DNA of 64,000 bases from Eledone cirrhosa (GCA_964016885.1 CAXHJY010000370.1:1-64000); one strand, 5' to 3'; positions 1 to 15,652 are shown, numbered from the stretch's first letter. Notes: generated from the sequence alone by a model not told the origin. Numbers and translations: made by a program.

Positions 1-9
1 AAAAGCTAT

Positions 10-322
10 AATTGTTTCACCATTTGGCACAAAGAGGAGCAATTTTGAAAAGAAGGGAGTTGGCCGATTAAACGCCCCCAGCACATTACTGGTACTTTAT
101 ATTCTCCACACCATAAGAATGAAAAGGCCAGCGATTTCGGGTGAGGGTGAGGGGGGGAGGTCGATTAAATCGATCCCTAGTGTATTACTGATACTTCATA
201 TTCTCCACCTCGTAAGGATGAAAAACAGAGCTAACCACGGTGGGATTTGAACTCAGAGAGTAAATGGCCGTAACTCTATGCTGCAAAGCATGGTCTCCGA
301 CCCTCTACCGATACTGCCAATC
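10..322 (-). mobile_element. tRNA-derived SINE family A (composite, degraded)
   Basis: Reverse complement of the family A consensus: B-box gagttcaaatc, central tcatccttacg..aagtaccag, tail gtgccaaa..gaaacaat. Confidence 0.7.
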
Positions 323-447
323 TTGAATTATAAAATGTCAGCCCTAAAGTTTCTAATGGGGCCAGGCCAGATGTAGGGACCTTATTTCAAACTGCTTATT
401 AAGTATTTTTGTAATAAGTGTTAAATACATATGATTTATATATGGGT

Positions 448-484
<37 letters not shown>

Positions 485-945
485 CAGTCCGGACCGAGGA
501 AACAATGTTTCCATTAGTCTTTCCAATTGCTAGTACTATCTATCGGTCGCAACTCCAGGTAGAAGGAGCAATATATATATATATATATAAATATATATAT
601 AAATATGTACGTGGGGTCTTACTGGTTCCTATTACCCACTCTACTACCTCAAGTATTGAGTACTTTGGTGCGTTATGGTCCACCTGGTTCCTTACCACAT
701 TTCCTTCGTTATATATATATATATATCATAGACCGAGTTCGAAACTCAAAATAGTATTTTACAATTAAATAACTCAAAGGCAGTTGCCCAATATAGGTTT
801 GTTATTTTTATTGATTTATTACTTTAGATCGAGACAGGCAAACCATATTGTTTTAAATTAGTATTTCTTCAACCTAGCTAACTTGGTCATCTGCAATTGG
901 ACCACATGTAGACTTGTATCGGTGTCCATCCCTCTCATATATTCA

Positions 946-1022
<77 letters not shown>

Positions 1023-1026
<4 letters not shown>

Positions 1027-1203
1027 ACGAGTAAGACCCCGACGGCTGAGCTCAAGCCGTTTCGACGGCTAATTCTGGACTAAAATTTTAGTCCAGAATT
1101 AGCCGTCAGGGTCCTACTCGTTCCTATTACCCACTCTACTACCCTAAGTATTGAGTACTTTGGTGCGTTATGGTCCACCTGGTTCCTTACCACATTTCCT
1201 TCG

Positions 1204-1245
<42 letters not shown>

Positions 1246-1440
1246 CGAAGGAAGTGTGGTAAGGAACCAGGTGGACCATAACGCACCAGAGTACTCAATA
1301 CTTAGGGTGTTAGAGGGGGTAATAGGAAAAGAGTCAGGACCCCGACGGCTGAGCACCGGCCGTTTCGAGAGCTAGATCCGATCTCGGATCTAGCTGTCGA
1401 AACGGCCAGAGCTCTGCCGTCGGGGTCCAGAACCCTTTCC
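1023..1440. repeat. Family P fold-back repeat (double palindrome) in (TA)n
   Basis: ggaacgagtaagaccccgacggctgagctcaagccgtttcgacggctaatt.. and its reverse complement. Other copies near 610, 8652, 18300, 22913, 35670, 37675, 47219, 61068 and 61705. Confidence 0.85.
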
Positions 1441-1585
1441 TATATATATATATGCTGAATTCATAAGTAACAACAGAACTACAACTTGATGGGTCGCCCC
1501 TCACCCACAAAAACAAACAATGGCAGTCCCATATCAATTGGCTCATGTTGCCAAAATATATATGTATATATATATATGTACACAC

Positions 1586-1757
1586 ATCGGTAGAGGGTCG
1601 GACGCCATGCTTTGACGCATAGAGTTACGGCCCTTGCCATTCTGAGTTCAAATCCCGCCGAGGTTAACTTTGCCTTTCATCCTTACGAGGTCGATAAAAT
1701 AAAGTACCAGTAATACACTGGACAATTGCTGGCCTTGTGCCAAAAGCAGAAACAATA
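1586..1757 (+). mobile_element. tRNA-derived SINE family A
   Basis: B-box gagttcaaatcc; central gcctttcatccttacgaggtcgataaaataaagtaccag (resembles Meta/MESC-type SINE domain); tail ggccttgtgccaaaagcagaaacaat. Confidence 0.85.
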
Positions 1758-1894
1758 ATATATAAACACACACATATATATTAATAAAAGAAATTCCAAC
1801 TGTCTCATTTACTCGTTTTATTTACAATCCTTTAAAATTTATAATGGTATTAGAATGAAATAGTATGATAGAATATTAAATGTTAAGTGTTAAT

Positions 1895-2045
1895 TGAACA
1901 AGTATTTTCATGCTTTCGCAATCTTCAGGTTCACATTCTGTGGTGACAGTCAAGTTTGCAATTTTCAACTGTTGAAAATTGCAAACTTGACTGTCACCAC
2001 AGAATGTGAACCTGAAGATTGCGAAAGCATGAAAATACTTGTTCA
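1895..2045. ncRNA. Hammerhead ribozyme pair (+2007-2045, -1895-1933) in a perfect palindrome
   Basis: TGAAC CTGAAGA T-TGC-GAAA-GCA-T GAAA ATAC TT GTTCA; stem III is imperfect. Confidence 0.65.
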
Positions 2046-2162
2046 ATTAACACTTAACATTTAATATTCTATCATACTATTTCATTCTAATACCATTATA
2101 AATTTTAAAGGATTGTAAATAAAACGAGTAAATGAGACAGTTGGAATTTCTTTTATTAATAT

Positions 2163-2246
<84 letters not shown>

Positions 2247-2384
2247 TAATAATAATTATAAAGACTAAAATCTGTACCAATAATAAATATGTATGCATAC
2301 ATATAACTGTAAACTTGCCTCCCGTGTTTTGTTTCATTTATTAACTATACACACACATATACATACATATATACATACATATAT

Positions 2385-2418
<34 letters not shown>

Positions 2419-2577
2419 CCTTCACTACCATTGCTGCACATGTACTCACCTCAAACCCCTCACCTTTACTCCACCACCACCACTCCTACCACCACCACCA
2501 CCAGGGCTGATGAGTCCACACTGCCACTAAGTGCACATACCTACCGACTTTTTATTTAGTGACATTGACAATCAACA

Positions 2578-2760
2578 ACGCCACCACCGCCACCACCCGC
2601 GACATCAGCACCACCACCACCGCCACCCGCGACATCAGCACCACCACCGCCACCACCCGCGACATCAGCACCACCACCGCCACCACCCGCGACATCAGCA
2701 CCACCACCACCCGCGACATCAGCACCACCACCGCCACCACCCGCGACATCAGCACCACCG
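2578..2760. repeat. 24-30 bp minisatellite (ccacccgcgacatcagcaccacca)
   Basis: Six direct units. Confidence 0.9.
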
Positions 2761-2994
2761 TTAATTACACAAACAACGAGTCAACAACCGAACCTGTACG
2801 TGGTCACTAAGCCTGCAAGAAATAACAGCTAAATGCCTTGTGTCTTGGTTTATATTGACCTGGGTTTCCTGCACAGGGTGAAAGATGCGTGGGTCACGGG
2901 GCTGGAATATATATATATCAGGGTTTGTTTGATTCTTTCGAACAGGGACGAGCTTGGGGGGGGGGGGGGGGGGGTCAAACAACAACACCACCTA

Positions 2995-3442
2995 GACCAA
3001 ATAACTTTGATTATAACTGACCTGTGGCTAAACAACACCAACACTGTCGCCACCGCCCAAACCAATAAACCTTGACCAAGACTGATCTTTGGTTAAATAA
3101 TAACGCCACCACCACCACCACCACTACAACAACAACCACCAATAACCTTGGTCAAGACTGACCTGTGGTTAAACAACAACGACGCCACCACCACCACACA
3201 CTAACACCACCACAATCACCAATGAACTTGGTCAAGACTGACCTGTGGTTAAACAACAACGAGACCACCACCACCGCCACACACTAACACCACCACTACA
3301 ACAACAACCACCAATGACCTTGGTCAAGACTGACCTGTGGCTAAACAACAACGACACCACCACCACCACCACCGGCATTTCTTCGACACTACCACCACCA
3401 CCAATAACCTTGGTCAGGATTGACCGGTGGCTAAACAACACC
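2995..3442. repeat. Repeat of about 40 bp (ccaataaccttggtcaagactgacctgtggttaaacaac) with (CAC)n spacers
   Basis: About 6 diverged copies. Confidence 0.85.
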
Positions 3443-3762
3443 AAACAAATACGACCGCCACCCGACACACACACAGCAAGAAGAAGAAGAAGAAATTACA
3501 TAAACAAGTAAACAAACAAACAATTTAATCCTGAAATTCTCTTCCTGTCTCAGTGTTGTAACATTCCGTTGTTCCGTTGTTCAGCGTGTCATTCAGTTTA
3601 ATATGGTCGCCATTTTTACAACCTTAAACTCCACCTCACTCACATTTACAAGTAATGTCTTTATGTTATCTTTCTGATTTAGTTAGTTATTTACGTTTAC
3701 AGTACTTTACACTAGTTTTACCTCAGTTTATTTAAATTTACTGTAGTAATAGTGTATGTATG

Positions 3763-3805
<43 letters not shown>

Positions 3806-3865
3806 ATAGAAAATAAACTTTAACTTGAACTTAAATAAACTCTTCAAAAAGAAAACCAATTTATG

Positions 3866-3901
<36 letters not shown>

Positions 3902-3918
3902 TATATGTGTATGTATAT

Positions 3919-3960
<42 letters not shown>

Positions 3961-5210
3961 GTGTATGTATATATATATATATATATATATACATATTGGC
4001 TTTCTTTTAGAAGAGTTTATTTAAGTTTCAGTTAAAGTTTATTTTCGGTGTATTTTTAGCTTTATTTAAGTAAACATTATGGCGGATGTTACCAGAAAGA
4101 AGCTGTTTGTTTGTTACTTTGCTTTCGTTGGTTCTTTATTTTTCGTCTATTTATATATTTTTTAATTCTTTTACAGTAACTACTGGTGGTCGATTGTCAC
4201 ACACATACACACACACATACATATTGGATGGCATGTGGGTGGCCACACTAGCTAGGATGGGATATATATATACACATACACACTGCCTTAAAAAAGGAAT
4301 TTTTTAGTCGATCATATTGACCCAAACCAACCCACACACACCTTCTGACCTCAGATTTGGCAACCCTTCGTGACACTTTCTCCAGCGGCAAATTGGTGCA
4401 TTGAGAGACAAACGCAGGCTTAGTTGACCGACAATCCGAACATCTCAAGCTGCGACTAACCCAGGGTCTGTCTGCTAGACTTCGGGCTGAGGAGGGCAAA
4501 CTCTCTCCAAGAGGTTTGCGGTCTTGCCCTTGGCAGTGGAGACTTCTGGTGTCCTTATCCCCTAGGGCTACCTCCCTGCTCACCACCATAGGCGCTAAGC
4601 TGGCTACTTATGTCAGTGGAGACCTCTGGTGTCCTCGACCCTAGGGCTAACCCCCCTACTTACCACCTTAAGCGCTGAGCTGGCCAGCCGCAGGTGTGAG
4701 CAATGCGAGATGGAATGGCTCTTCCAAGCATCTCCCTTGCCATTATCCGGGGAAACGCCTTCTCCATTCTGTCTGCCGGGGCTGTGGGGAGGGAGGCCAG
4801 CACGTGGGACCCCATTTGCTCACAATACAGAGAACTGGGGAGGGCGAGAGAGATGGGGCGATGATGTGGGAGTTAGCCTCTTCCGTGTTCGGACACATTG
4901 CACCTGTCACGTAGATCCTGTGATAATTCCATTGTTAGCTTTATTTAAGTAAACATAATGGCGGATGTTACGAGAGAGAAGCTGTTTGTTTGTTATTAAT
5001 CGGTAACCAAATCCCTACGTACCGATCAGTTTTGTTAAGATTAAATGTATTGTAGGTCTTATTTGATGAAAGAAAACAAACTTATTGTAAGATTGTAAGC
5101 TGTTGAAAAGTGTTGCCTTATTTCAGATAGGTTTGCAGGCATTGAACCTGTAAACCTGTAGAGGGGGAGACTTCTGGCGTTCTGGGACTCCATATCGCTG
5201 GAGTGATATA

Positions 5211-5314
<104 letters not shown>

Positions 5315-5884
5315 ATATATATATATATACATATATATAGTGTATATATATATATGTGTAGTGTATATATATATATGTGTAGAGTATATATATATATATA
5401 CATATATATAGTGTATATATATATACATATATATATAGTGTATATATATATACATATATATATAGTGTATATATATATACATATATATAGTGTATATATA
5501 TATACATATATATAGTGTATATATATATATACATATATATAGTGTATATATATATATACATATATATAGTGTATATATATATATATACATATATATAGTG
5601 TATATATATATATATACATATATATAGTGTATATATATATATATACATATATATAGTGTATATATATATATATACATATATATAGTGTATATATATATAT
5701 ATACATATATATAGTGTATATATATATATACATATATATAGTGTATATATATATACATATATATAGTGTATATATATATACATATATATAGTGTATATAT
5801 ATATATAAGTGTAGTGTATATATATATACATATATATATATTTGTATATATATATATATATGTGTGTGTGTATATATATATATA

Positions 5885-6021
<137 letters not shown>

Positions 6022-6705
6022 GTGTGTGTGTATATATATATATGTGTGTGTATATATATAGGACGCCACTCTCTTTCTGTCGCTAGATAAGACGCCAACC
6101 TTCACCTCCTCCTCTCTAGATAAGACACCAGCCATGCCCACCCCTCTCTATCTACTAGATGGGACGCCACTCTCTAACTTAGATAATGTTTTTAGATAGA
6201 CGACGAGACATGATGCCCGACTCTGACAGCCACACACACATATATATATATACACACACACATATATATATATATACACACACATATATACACACACACA
6301 TATATACACACACACATATATATATATACACACACATATATATACACACACACATATATATATATACACACACACATATATACACACACACATATATATA
6401 CACACACACACATATATATATGCATATACACACATATATATATATACACACACACATATATACACACACATATATATATATATACACACACACACATATA
6501 TACACACACACATATATATATATATGCATATACACACATATATATATGCATATACACATATATGTGCATATACACACATATATGTGCATATAAACATATA
6601 TATGCATATACACACATATATATGCATATACACACATATATATGCATATACACACATATATATGCATATACACATATGTACATATATAATATGCATATAC
6701 ACATG

Positions 6706-6763
<58 letters not shown>

Positions 6764-6920
6764 TACACACATATGTATATATATATATATGCATATACAC
6801 ACATGTATATATATATATATGCATATATACACATATATCTCTATATACATATATACACACACACATACGTAAACACACACATATATATATATATATGTAT
6901 GTTTATGTATAGTTTGTGTT

Positions 6921-6960
<40 letters not shown>

Positions 6961-7141
6961 TATAATGTGCATGTGTGTATGTGCATAGTATGTGTTTGTA
7001 CATACGTGTGTGTACAATATATATATAGTACACACACACATAAATATTATCTATATATATAGTCATACAAAACAGCCACACTCTAATTCCACCTAAATAC
7101 ACACACTCCGCATAACCACACACACATACACACACATATAT

Positions 7142-7172
<31 letters not shown>

Positions 7173-7179
7173 CACACAC

Positions 7180-7260
<81 letters not shown>

Positions 7261-7420
7261 TTTATATATACACACATATATATATATACACACACACACA
7301 CGTGTCCTAGTTCTCTATATATTTGCACCTGGTTACACCAACCATATTTACATACTTAACCGAATATAGCAAACCCACGTGTATGTATTGCTGTGTGTGT
7401 GTGTGTGTGGGGGGGGGGGG

Positions 7421-7483
<63 letters not shown>

Positions 7484-7706
7484 TGCATGCATGTGGACAA
7501 ATATACCATATATATATATAGAGTCCTTGTGTGGTCGCGTGTGGGTGTAAGCGTGCTGCATGAAACAACTTGCCTGTGTGTCCTATATAAATATAACAAC
7601 CGAAGCGTGTATGACCCCCCCTCCCAATATATATATCCAGCGAATTTCAACCGTTAAAGTTGTCTTTTTTCCGGGTATGTCAATATTTATTTATAAAACA
7701 AATCTG

Positions 7707-7772
7707 TATTTTATCTGATGAAAGCGCACCATAATTTACCTTGGTCGCCCTTGAAATATATATAATAAAATA
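7707..7772 (+). ncRNA. Minimal type I hammerhead ribozyme
   Basis: TATTTTAT CTGATGA [stem II] GAAA TATATA TA ATAAAATA. Confidence 0.7.
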
Positions 7773-8040
7773 ATTATGGTTTTATAAATATAGTTTCCAT
7801 TTATTAATATATTGTATATATATATATTACTTAAAGCCATCCTTACTCCTTCTCGGAGTTCCTGTTCTCCCCCTACTGTCCGAACTTTCCTGATGAAGGA
7901 GTTCTGTCCGAAACGTGGAGACCTCCTCCACTTCCACCAAGCGAAGCGTGAAGCTAATATAACTGTGTACAATTGCCTCCTGCGTTTTGTTCGTTCATTT
8001 TGAAATAAATAAATATATATATATATATATATATATAAAT

Positions 8041-8320
8041 AATTGTTTCTACATTTGGCACAAGGCCAGCAAATTACCCAGTGCATTACTGGTACTTTAC
8101 TGGTACTTTATTTTATAGACCCCGTAAGGATGAAAGGCAAAGTTAACCTCGACGGGATTTGAACTCAGACCGTAAAGGGACGTAACTATGCTGGAAAGCA
8201 TGGCGTCCGACCCTCTACCGATACTGCCAACCCACCACCCTTTATATATATAAATTGTTTCTACTTTTGGCACAAGGCCAGCAATTACCCAGTGTATTAC
8301 TGGTACTTTATTTTATCGAA
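8041..8320 (-). mobile_element. SINE family A (full copy plus partial copy)
   Basis: Same consensus, reverse strand. Confidence 0.85.
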
Positions 8321-8609
8321 CCAACCAATCAACCGGAAATTTATAATAAATTGAAATGAAAACCAACAGGTGCGTGTGTTTTTATTGACAGCATGACCCT
8401 CCCAAATTTTAACAATATATATACACACACATCAATTTGAAGAAAATGAACCATACAAAATGAACAAATGCCCGAAAAGAACCCGTTTTTCCACTGTCTT
8501 CGTCCATCTTAATATGGTGTTCTGGTGAAAAGTTTCTTGAAGACATTCAAAATGATGGAATTGAGGAAATATATATATATGGAACACACGGACATACAGA
8601 CAGTATGTA

Positions 8610-8655
<46 letters not shown>

Positions 8656-8820
8656 AACGAGTAGGACCCCCACGGCTGAGCTGAAGCCGTTTCGACGGCT
8701 AATTCTGGACTAAAATTAGCCGTCGAAACGGCTTGAGCTCAGCCGTCGGGGTCCTACTCGTTCCTATTACCCACTCTACTACCCTAAGTATTGAGTACTT
8801 TGGTGCGTTATGATCCTTCG

Positions 8821-8864
<44 letters not shown>

Positions 8865-9070
8865 GTGTATAATGGTAGCTAAGGTGCTTCCATAGGCGGT
8901 GTGCCAAAATTAGCACTCGATATTCATCAGAGTAGAGTGTAGATAGTATAAAGAAAACGAAAAATCAGTGATGCATCTGCAGCAGTTAGCTCGAGACGTG
9001 CTCCTTACAAAGAAACAATTGTAGCACGCAATAAAGTCCAGATGCATCACTGATTTTTCGATTTCTTTAT

Positions 9071-9128
<58 letters not shown>

Positions 9129-9250
9129 GGGGTGAGTTTTAGTGTAGCACAATAAAGCAATGCAAATATCGGATAAGTAGCACTCAACAGTTTATAGGAC
9201 TGGAGTATAAATAATATAAAATCAAAAGATGGTTAAAAGAGTTCCAAGTA

Positions 9251-9315
9251 TTTTTATTATGCGCATTTCAAAAACAAATATCATCATGGGATGATATCTG
9301 CATTCTCATCAGAAA
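9251..9315 (-). ncRNA. Hammerhead motif; 5' strand of stem I lost at the inversion junction
   Basis: rc: CTGATGA GAATGCAGATATCAT..ATGATATTTGTTTTT GAAA TGCGCA TA ATAAAAA; palindromic stem III. Confidence 0.6.
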
Positions 9316-9387
9316 TATCATCCATGATGATATCTGTTTTTGAAATGCGCATAATAAAATACTTGGAACTCTTTTAACCATCTTTTG

Positions 9388-9430
<43 letters not shown>

Positions 9431-9664
9431 ATATATTCTTAGCCCTATCATAATTGCTAACACATCTCCATGTCGGATAATGGGCGGAGAAAGGGTGTGA
9501 AAGAGGGTGGGTGAGAGAAAAGGTGGGGGGGGGGGGAGAAAGGGTGGGGGGAGAGGAGAAATGGGGTGGGTGGGTGGGTGGGAGAACAGCTTTCTGGCGA
9601 GACAGAGAGACGGATGGAGTGCTGGATGGTGGTGGGTGCTGCGGACAACAAGACTACATTTAGC

Positions 9665-9699
<35 letters not shown>

Positions 9700-9767
9700 A
9701 GAAGTAGGTGGAGGTACAATACGGTGGTGGCGGAGGTGGTTAGGATATGGAGAAGGGAGGGAGGGAC

Positions 9768-9817
<50 letters not shown>

Positions 9818-9827
9818 ATGACATGCA

Positions 9828-10018
9828 TAGGCGATGGATTAGCAGAATCGGTAGAGCGTTGGACACCATGCTTTGTAGAATAGAGTTAAGGCCCTTTACA
9901 TTCTGAGTTCAAGTCCAGCCGAGGTTAACTTTGCCTTTCATCCTTACGGGGTCGATAAAATAAAGTACCAGTAATGCACTGAGTAATTGCTGGCCTTGTG
10001 CCTAAAGTAGAAACAATT
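9828..10018 (+). mobile_element. SINE family A
   Basis: Full copy with A/B boxes and tail. Confidence 0.85.
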
Positions 10019-10048
10019 ATTACTCTCACCTGTGTGTGTATGTGCAAT

Positions 10049-10085
<37 letters not shown>

Positions 10086-10276
10086 GCATGTAAGTAAATG
10101 TTTCGTGTGTATGTGTATGTGTTTATGTGTGTATGTATATGTATATATATATGTGTATACATATATATATGTATATATATATATGTATATATATATGTAT
10201 ATATATGCTTGTGAGTAAATGTTTTGTATGTGCATGTGTTTATATGTGTGCATGTTTGTGTATACATGCATATATA

Positions 10277-10317
<41 letters not shown>

Positions 10318-10318
10318 G

Positions 10319-10369
10319 AGATTCTACAGGACTAGAACTGTTTCATTCATTAGAAATCATCAGGAATCT
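10319..10369 (-). ncRNA. Type I hammerhead ribozyme (inverted copy)
   Basis: Reverse complement of 10843-10893. Confidence 0.8.
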
Positions 10370-10842
10370 GGGTATCAAAAAATAAATATGGTATTTATAG
10401 GTCTCTACAAGTGGTAGGAGAGGGTGGGGAGTGGGATGGGTGCAGGTCATTGGTTGATAGAGAAGGGAATTCATTAAAAGGGAATTCATTAAAAGCTAAT
10501 TCTACATAGCTATAGTTAATTTATATTTATTTATGTTTTTAATTTATTTATGTTTTTAATTCTATCGAGCATGAATGACCCCCCACTGATTTTATAGACA
10601 TCTGCTAGCTTAAGAGAAACTTATTGACAAGGAATGGTATGCCATCCGGAACTTGTTTATAGATTCCTGTCTGCCTTTGTTACTCTAAAAACATAAATAA
10701 ATATAAATTAACTATAGCTATGTAGAATTAGCCTTTAATGAATTCCCTTCTCTATCAACCAATGACCTGCACCCATCCCACTCCCCACCCTCTCCTACCA
10801 CTTGTAGAGACCTATAAATACCATATTTATTTTTTGATACCC

Positions 10843-10893
10843 AGATTCCTGATGATTTCTAATGAATGAAACAGTTCTAGTCCTGTAGAATCT
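10843..10893 (+). ncRNA. Type I hammerhead ribozyme
   Basis: AGATTC CTGATGA T-TTC-TAAT-GAA-T GAAA CAG-TTCTAGTC-CTG TA GAATCT; all three stems form and the triplet is GUA. Confidence 0.8.
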
Positions 10894-12019
10894 CTTCTAT
10901 ATTAAAACTATTATACTCTGCTATGTATTGAGTACCTTACTTACTGTGGTTACCTCCGATTCAACCCGGAATAACGTATATATATATATATATATATATA
11001 TACGTGTGTGTGTGCTTGTGAGTAAATTTTTCGTGAGTGGAGTATGTGAATGTGTGTATGTGTGTGTGTATGTGTGTAGTGTGTGTGTATGTATGTGTGT
11101 ACATGCAATATATATGTTTGTGAATAAATGATGCCGTGTGAGTGTCTGTGTGTGTGTATATGTATGTATGTATCATTTGTATAATGTATTGTCATATGTA
11201 TGTATTGTGTGTATATGTATGTATGTGTGCTATATGTATGTATGTGTGTCTATGTATATATATATGTGTGTATGTATATGTATGTGTTGTATGTATGTGG
11301 TATATATATGTGTGTATGTATATGTAAGTGTGTGTGTATGTGTATGTGTGTGTGTGTATATGTATGTATGTATATGTGTGTGTGTGTATGTATGTATATA
11401 TATGTGTGTGTATGTATATGTATGGGTGTGTGTATATGTATATGTATGTGTGTGTATGTATATGTATGTATATGTATGTGTGTGTGTATGTATGTATAGG
11501 TGTGTGTATGTATATGTATGGGTGTGTGTATATGTATATGTATGTGTGTGTATGTATATGTATGTATATGTATGTGTGTGTGTATGTATGTATAGGTGTG
11601 TGTATGTATATGTATGGGTGTGTGTATATGTATATGTATGTGTGTGTATGTATATGTACTGTATATGTATGTGTGTGTGTATGTATGTATAGGTGTGTGT
11701 ATGTATATGTATGGGTGTGTGTATATGTATATGTATGTGTGTGTATGTATATGTATGTATGTATAGGTGTGTGTGTATGTATGTATAGGTGTGTGTATGT
11801 ATATGTATGGGTGTGTGTATATGTATATGTATGTGTGTGTATGTGTATGTATGTATATGTATGTGTGTGTGTATGTATTACATTAAAGTCAGACAAACGC
11901 ACTCACCGTCTCTACCATCGGCGCCTCGGCTGCCCCTATATTCTTTCATTCACTAATATGTATATATATATGTATATATATACATATATATATACATATA
12001 AGTATATACATATATACAC

Positions 12020-12053
<34 letters not shown>

Positions 12054-12254
12054 ATAAGTATATATATATACACACACATAAGTATATACATATATACACA
12101 TATATACGTATATATACATATACATACGTATATATACATATATATACATATACATACGTATATATACATATATATAAGTATATATACATATATATACGTA
12201 TATATTCATATATATGCGTATATATACCTATATATGTGTATATATATATATATG

Positions 12255-12286
<32 letters not shown>

Positions 12287-12975
12287 TATGTGTATATATA
12301 TATATACACATATATATGTGTATATATACACATATATATATGCGAATATAATCATATTTATACTTATATTTTAATATATATACGTATATATACATACATA
12401 TATATATATATCTATATACATACTTATATATACATATATATTCATACGTATATATACATATATAAATACATATATATACAAACATATATATATATAGATA
12501 CATATATATACATATATACATGTATATATACATACATACATATATATATACATATATACATATATGTACATATATATATATATATATATACATATATGTA
12601 CATATATACATATATATATATATATACACACACAGAGACCAGAAAAACTGGGGTTAGTCTGGTACGTCTTTTAAGCAACATCGCGTCACATTCAATCGAA
12701 CCAGCGACAACGAACTGTATAAAACCCCTTAAAATGGTGCCTTCCAGTCTCTCTCTCTCCCTTTCTCTCACTCTCTCTCCTTTTGGCTCCCTTTGTTTTG
12801 GTGTTGTAGTTGTTGTTGTTATTCTCTGACAACAACAACAACTACAACAACAACAAATGAAGCAGACACTGTCTCGTGTCTTTCTCCTCTCCCCACGCCA
12901 CCACCACTGCCATCCTTCTTATACAACAATAACAACACTAACACTATGTATGTATGTATGTATGTGTGTGTGTGT

Positions 12976-13014
<39 letters not shown>

Positions 13015-13147
13015 TATGTATGTATGTATGTGTGTGTGTGTGTGTGTATGTGTGTATGTGTGTATGTATGTATGTATGTATGTATGTGTGTTTGTATGAA
13101 TGTGTGTGTATATATATGTGTGTGTGTGTGTTTGTATGAATGTATAC

Positions 13148-13179
<32 letters not shown>

Positions 13180-13208
13180 TTGTAGGAATGTGTATATATG
13201 TATGAATG

Positions 13209-13243
<35 letters not shown>

Positions 13244-13320
13244 TTGTATGAATGTGTATATCTATATATACATATATATATATATAAATACATATATATA
13301 TATACACATGTGTGTGTGTG

Positions 13321-13367
<47 letters not shown>

Positions 13368-13369
<2 letters not shown>

Positions 13370-13542
13370 CGTGTGGCTGATTGGTTAGAGAACTGGATAC
13401 GCAATCGTGCGGTTGTCAGTTCGATTCTTGAGCAAGACACTTTATTTTCACGTTGCTCCTTCTGCCTGGAGTTGCGACCGATAGATAGTATTAGCAACTG
13501 GAAAGACCAACGGAAACATTGTTTCCTCGGTCCAATTTGACC
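13368..13542 (+). mobile_element. tRNA-derived CORE-type SINE family B with structured 3' tail
   Basis: A-box tggctgattgg, B-box agttcgattc, CORE-like cttgagcaagacacttt, then a tail shared with 489-570, 17920-18015 and 49345-49440. Confidence 0.7.
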
Positions 13543-13552
13543 TCCATACATA

Positions 13553-13654
13553 CAGGGTGTCACAAAACAAAACTGTATTCACAAAGGCTGTGCATTCTAA
13601 TAAATATTGCCTGTACAGGTAATCAAAGTGTGTATACATTTTTTGGGACACCTA
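13553..13654. mobile_element. Tc1/mariner-type MITE
   Basis: TA-CAGGGTGTCACAAAA .. TTTTGGGACACC-TA imperfect TIRs. Confidence 0.6.
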
Positions 13655-13871
13655 TATATATATATATGTGTATATATATATGTGTATATATATATGTGTA
13701 TATATATATAAGTTGACGGGACTAGCATGGGTTTCACTGGTAGCATTTATATCTATAATGATATATACATATATACACATACATATATAATATATATATA
13801 TATATGATATTTTTTTATCTAAAAAAAAAAAATGTTTTTGGTCACACACACACATTTTATATATGTATATA

Positions 13872-13929
<58 letters not shown>

Positions 13930-13995
13930 CATATATAAGACTTTTTTGTTTTGTTTTATTTATGATCTATCCGTCAACTTCTTATTTATTATAAT

Positions 13996-14029
<34 letters not shown>

Positions 14030-14088
14030 ATAAGAATAAATAATATATATATATATATATATATACATATATATAATAAGAATAAATA

Positions 14089-14278
14089 ATTGTTTCTACT
14101 TTTGGCACACGGCCAGCAATTAACCCAGTGTATTACTGGTACTTTATTTTATCGACCCCGAAAGGATGAAAGGCAAAGTTAACCTCGGCGGGATTTGAAC
14201 TCAGAATGGCAAGGGCCGTAACTCTATGTGTCAAAGCATGGCGTCCGACCCTCTACTGGTACTGCCAATCCTCTGCCT
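14089..14278 (-). mobile_element. SINE family A
   Basis: Full copy flanked by a target-site-like duplication taataagaataaataat. Confidence 0.85.
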
Positions 14279-14279
14279 A

Positions 14280-15358
<1,079 letters not shown>

Positions 15359-15605
15359 ATATAAATAATAAGAATAAATAATATATATATTTATTGTATA
15401 CAAATATTTTTTTTTATCCAACAAAAATTGTTTTTGGACTTCTTACATCCTGATAGTAGAACTGCTGTCGCTTAACTGGCAAATAAGATGGGAGGGGGTG
15501 TACAGCAGCAACAACAACAACAACAACCGCAGCAGCAGTAGCGGCGGCGGCGGTTTTTATAAAGAGGATATATTTATATTTATAAACATAACAGAAGAAA
15601 GAAAA

Positions 15606-15652
<47 letters not shown>

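Noticed and set aside
2505-2520. CTGATGAGTCC hammerhead-like start
   Set aside because: No matching GGAC-GAAA or stem I partner downstream.
2559-2795. Possible mucin-like exon (TTATTRDIS repeats) with AG acceptor and GT donor
   Set aside because: Plausible, but open in multiple frames and without partner exons; kept only as a minisatellite.
2995-3442. Repeat-spacer array resembling CRISPR
   Set aside because: Spacers are low-complexity (CAC)n of variable length, repeats are diverged, there are no cas genes, and the context is eukaryotic.
6060-6215. Short ctagataagacgcca repeats with variable spacers
   Set aside because: Only about 4 degenerate copies; a decayed minisatellite is sufficient.
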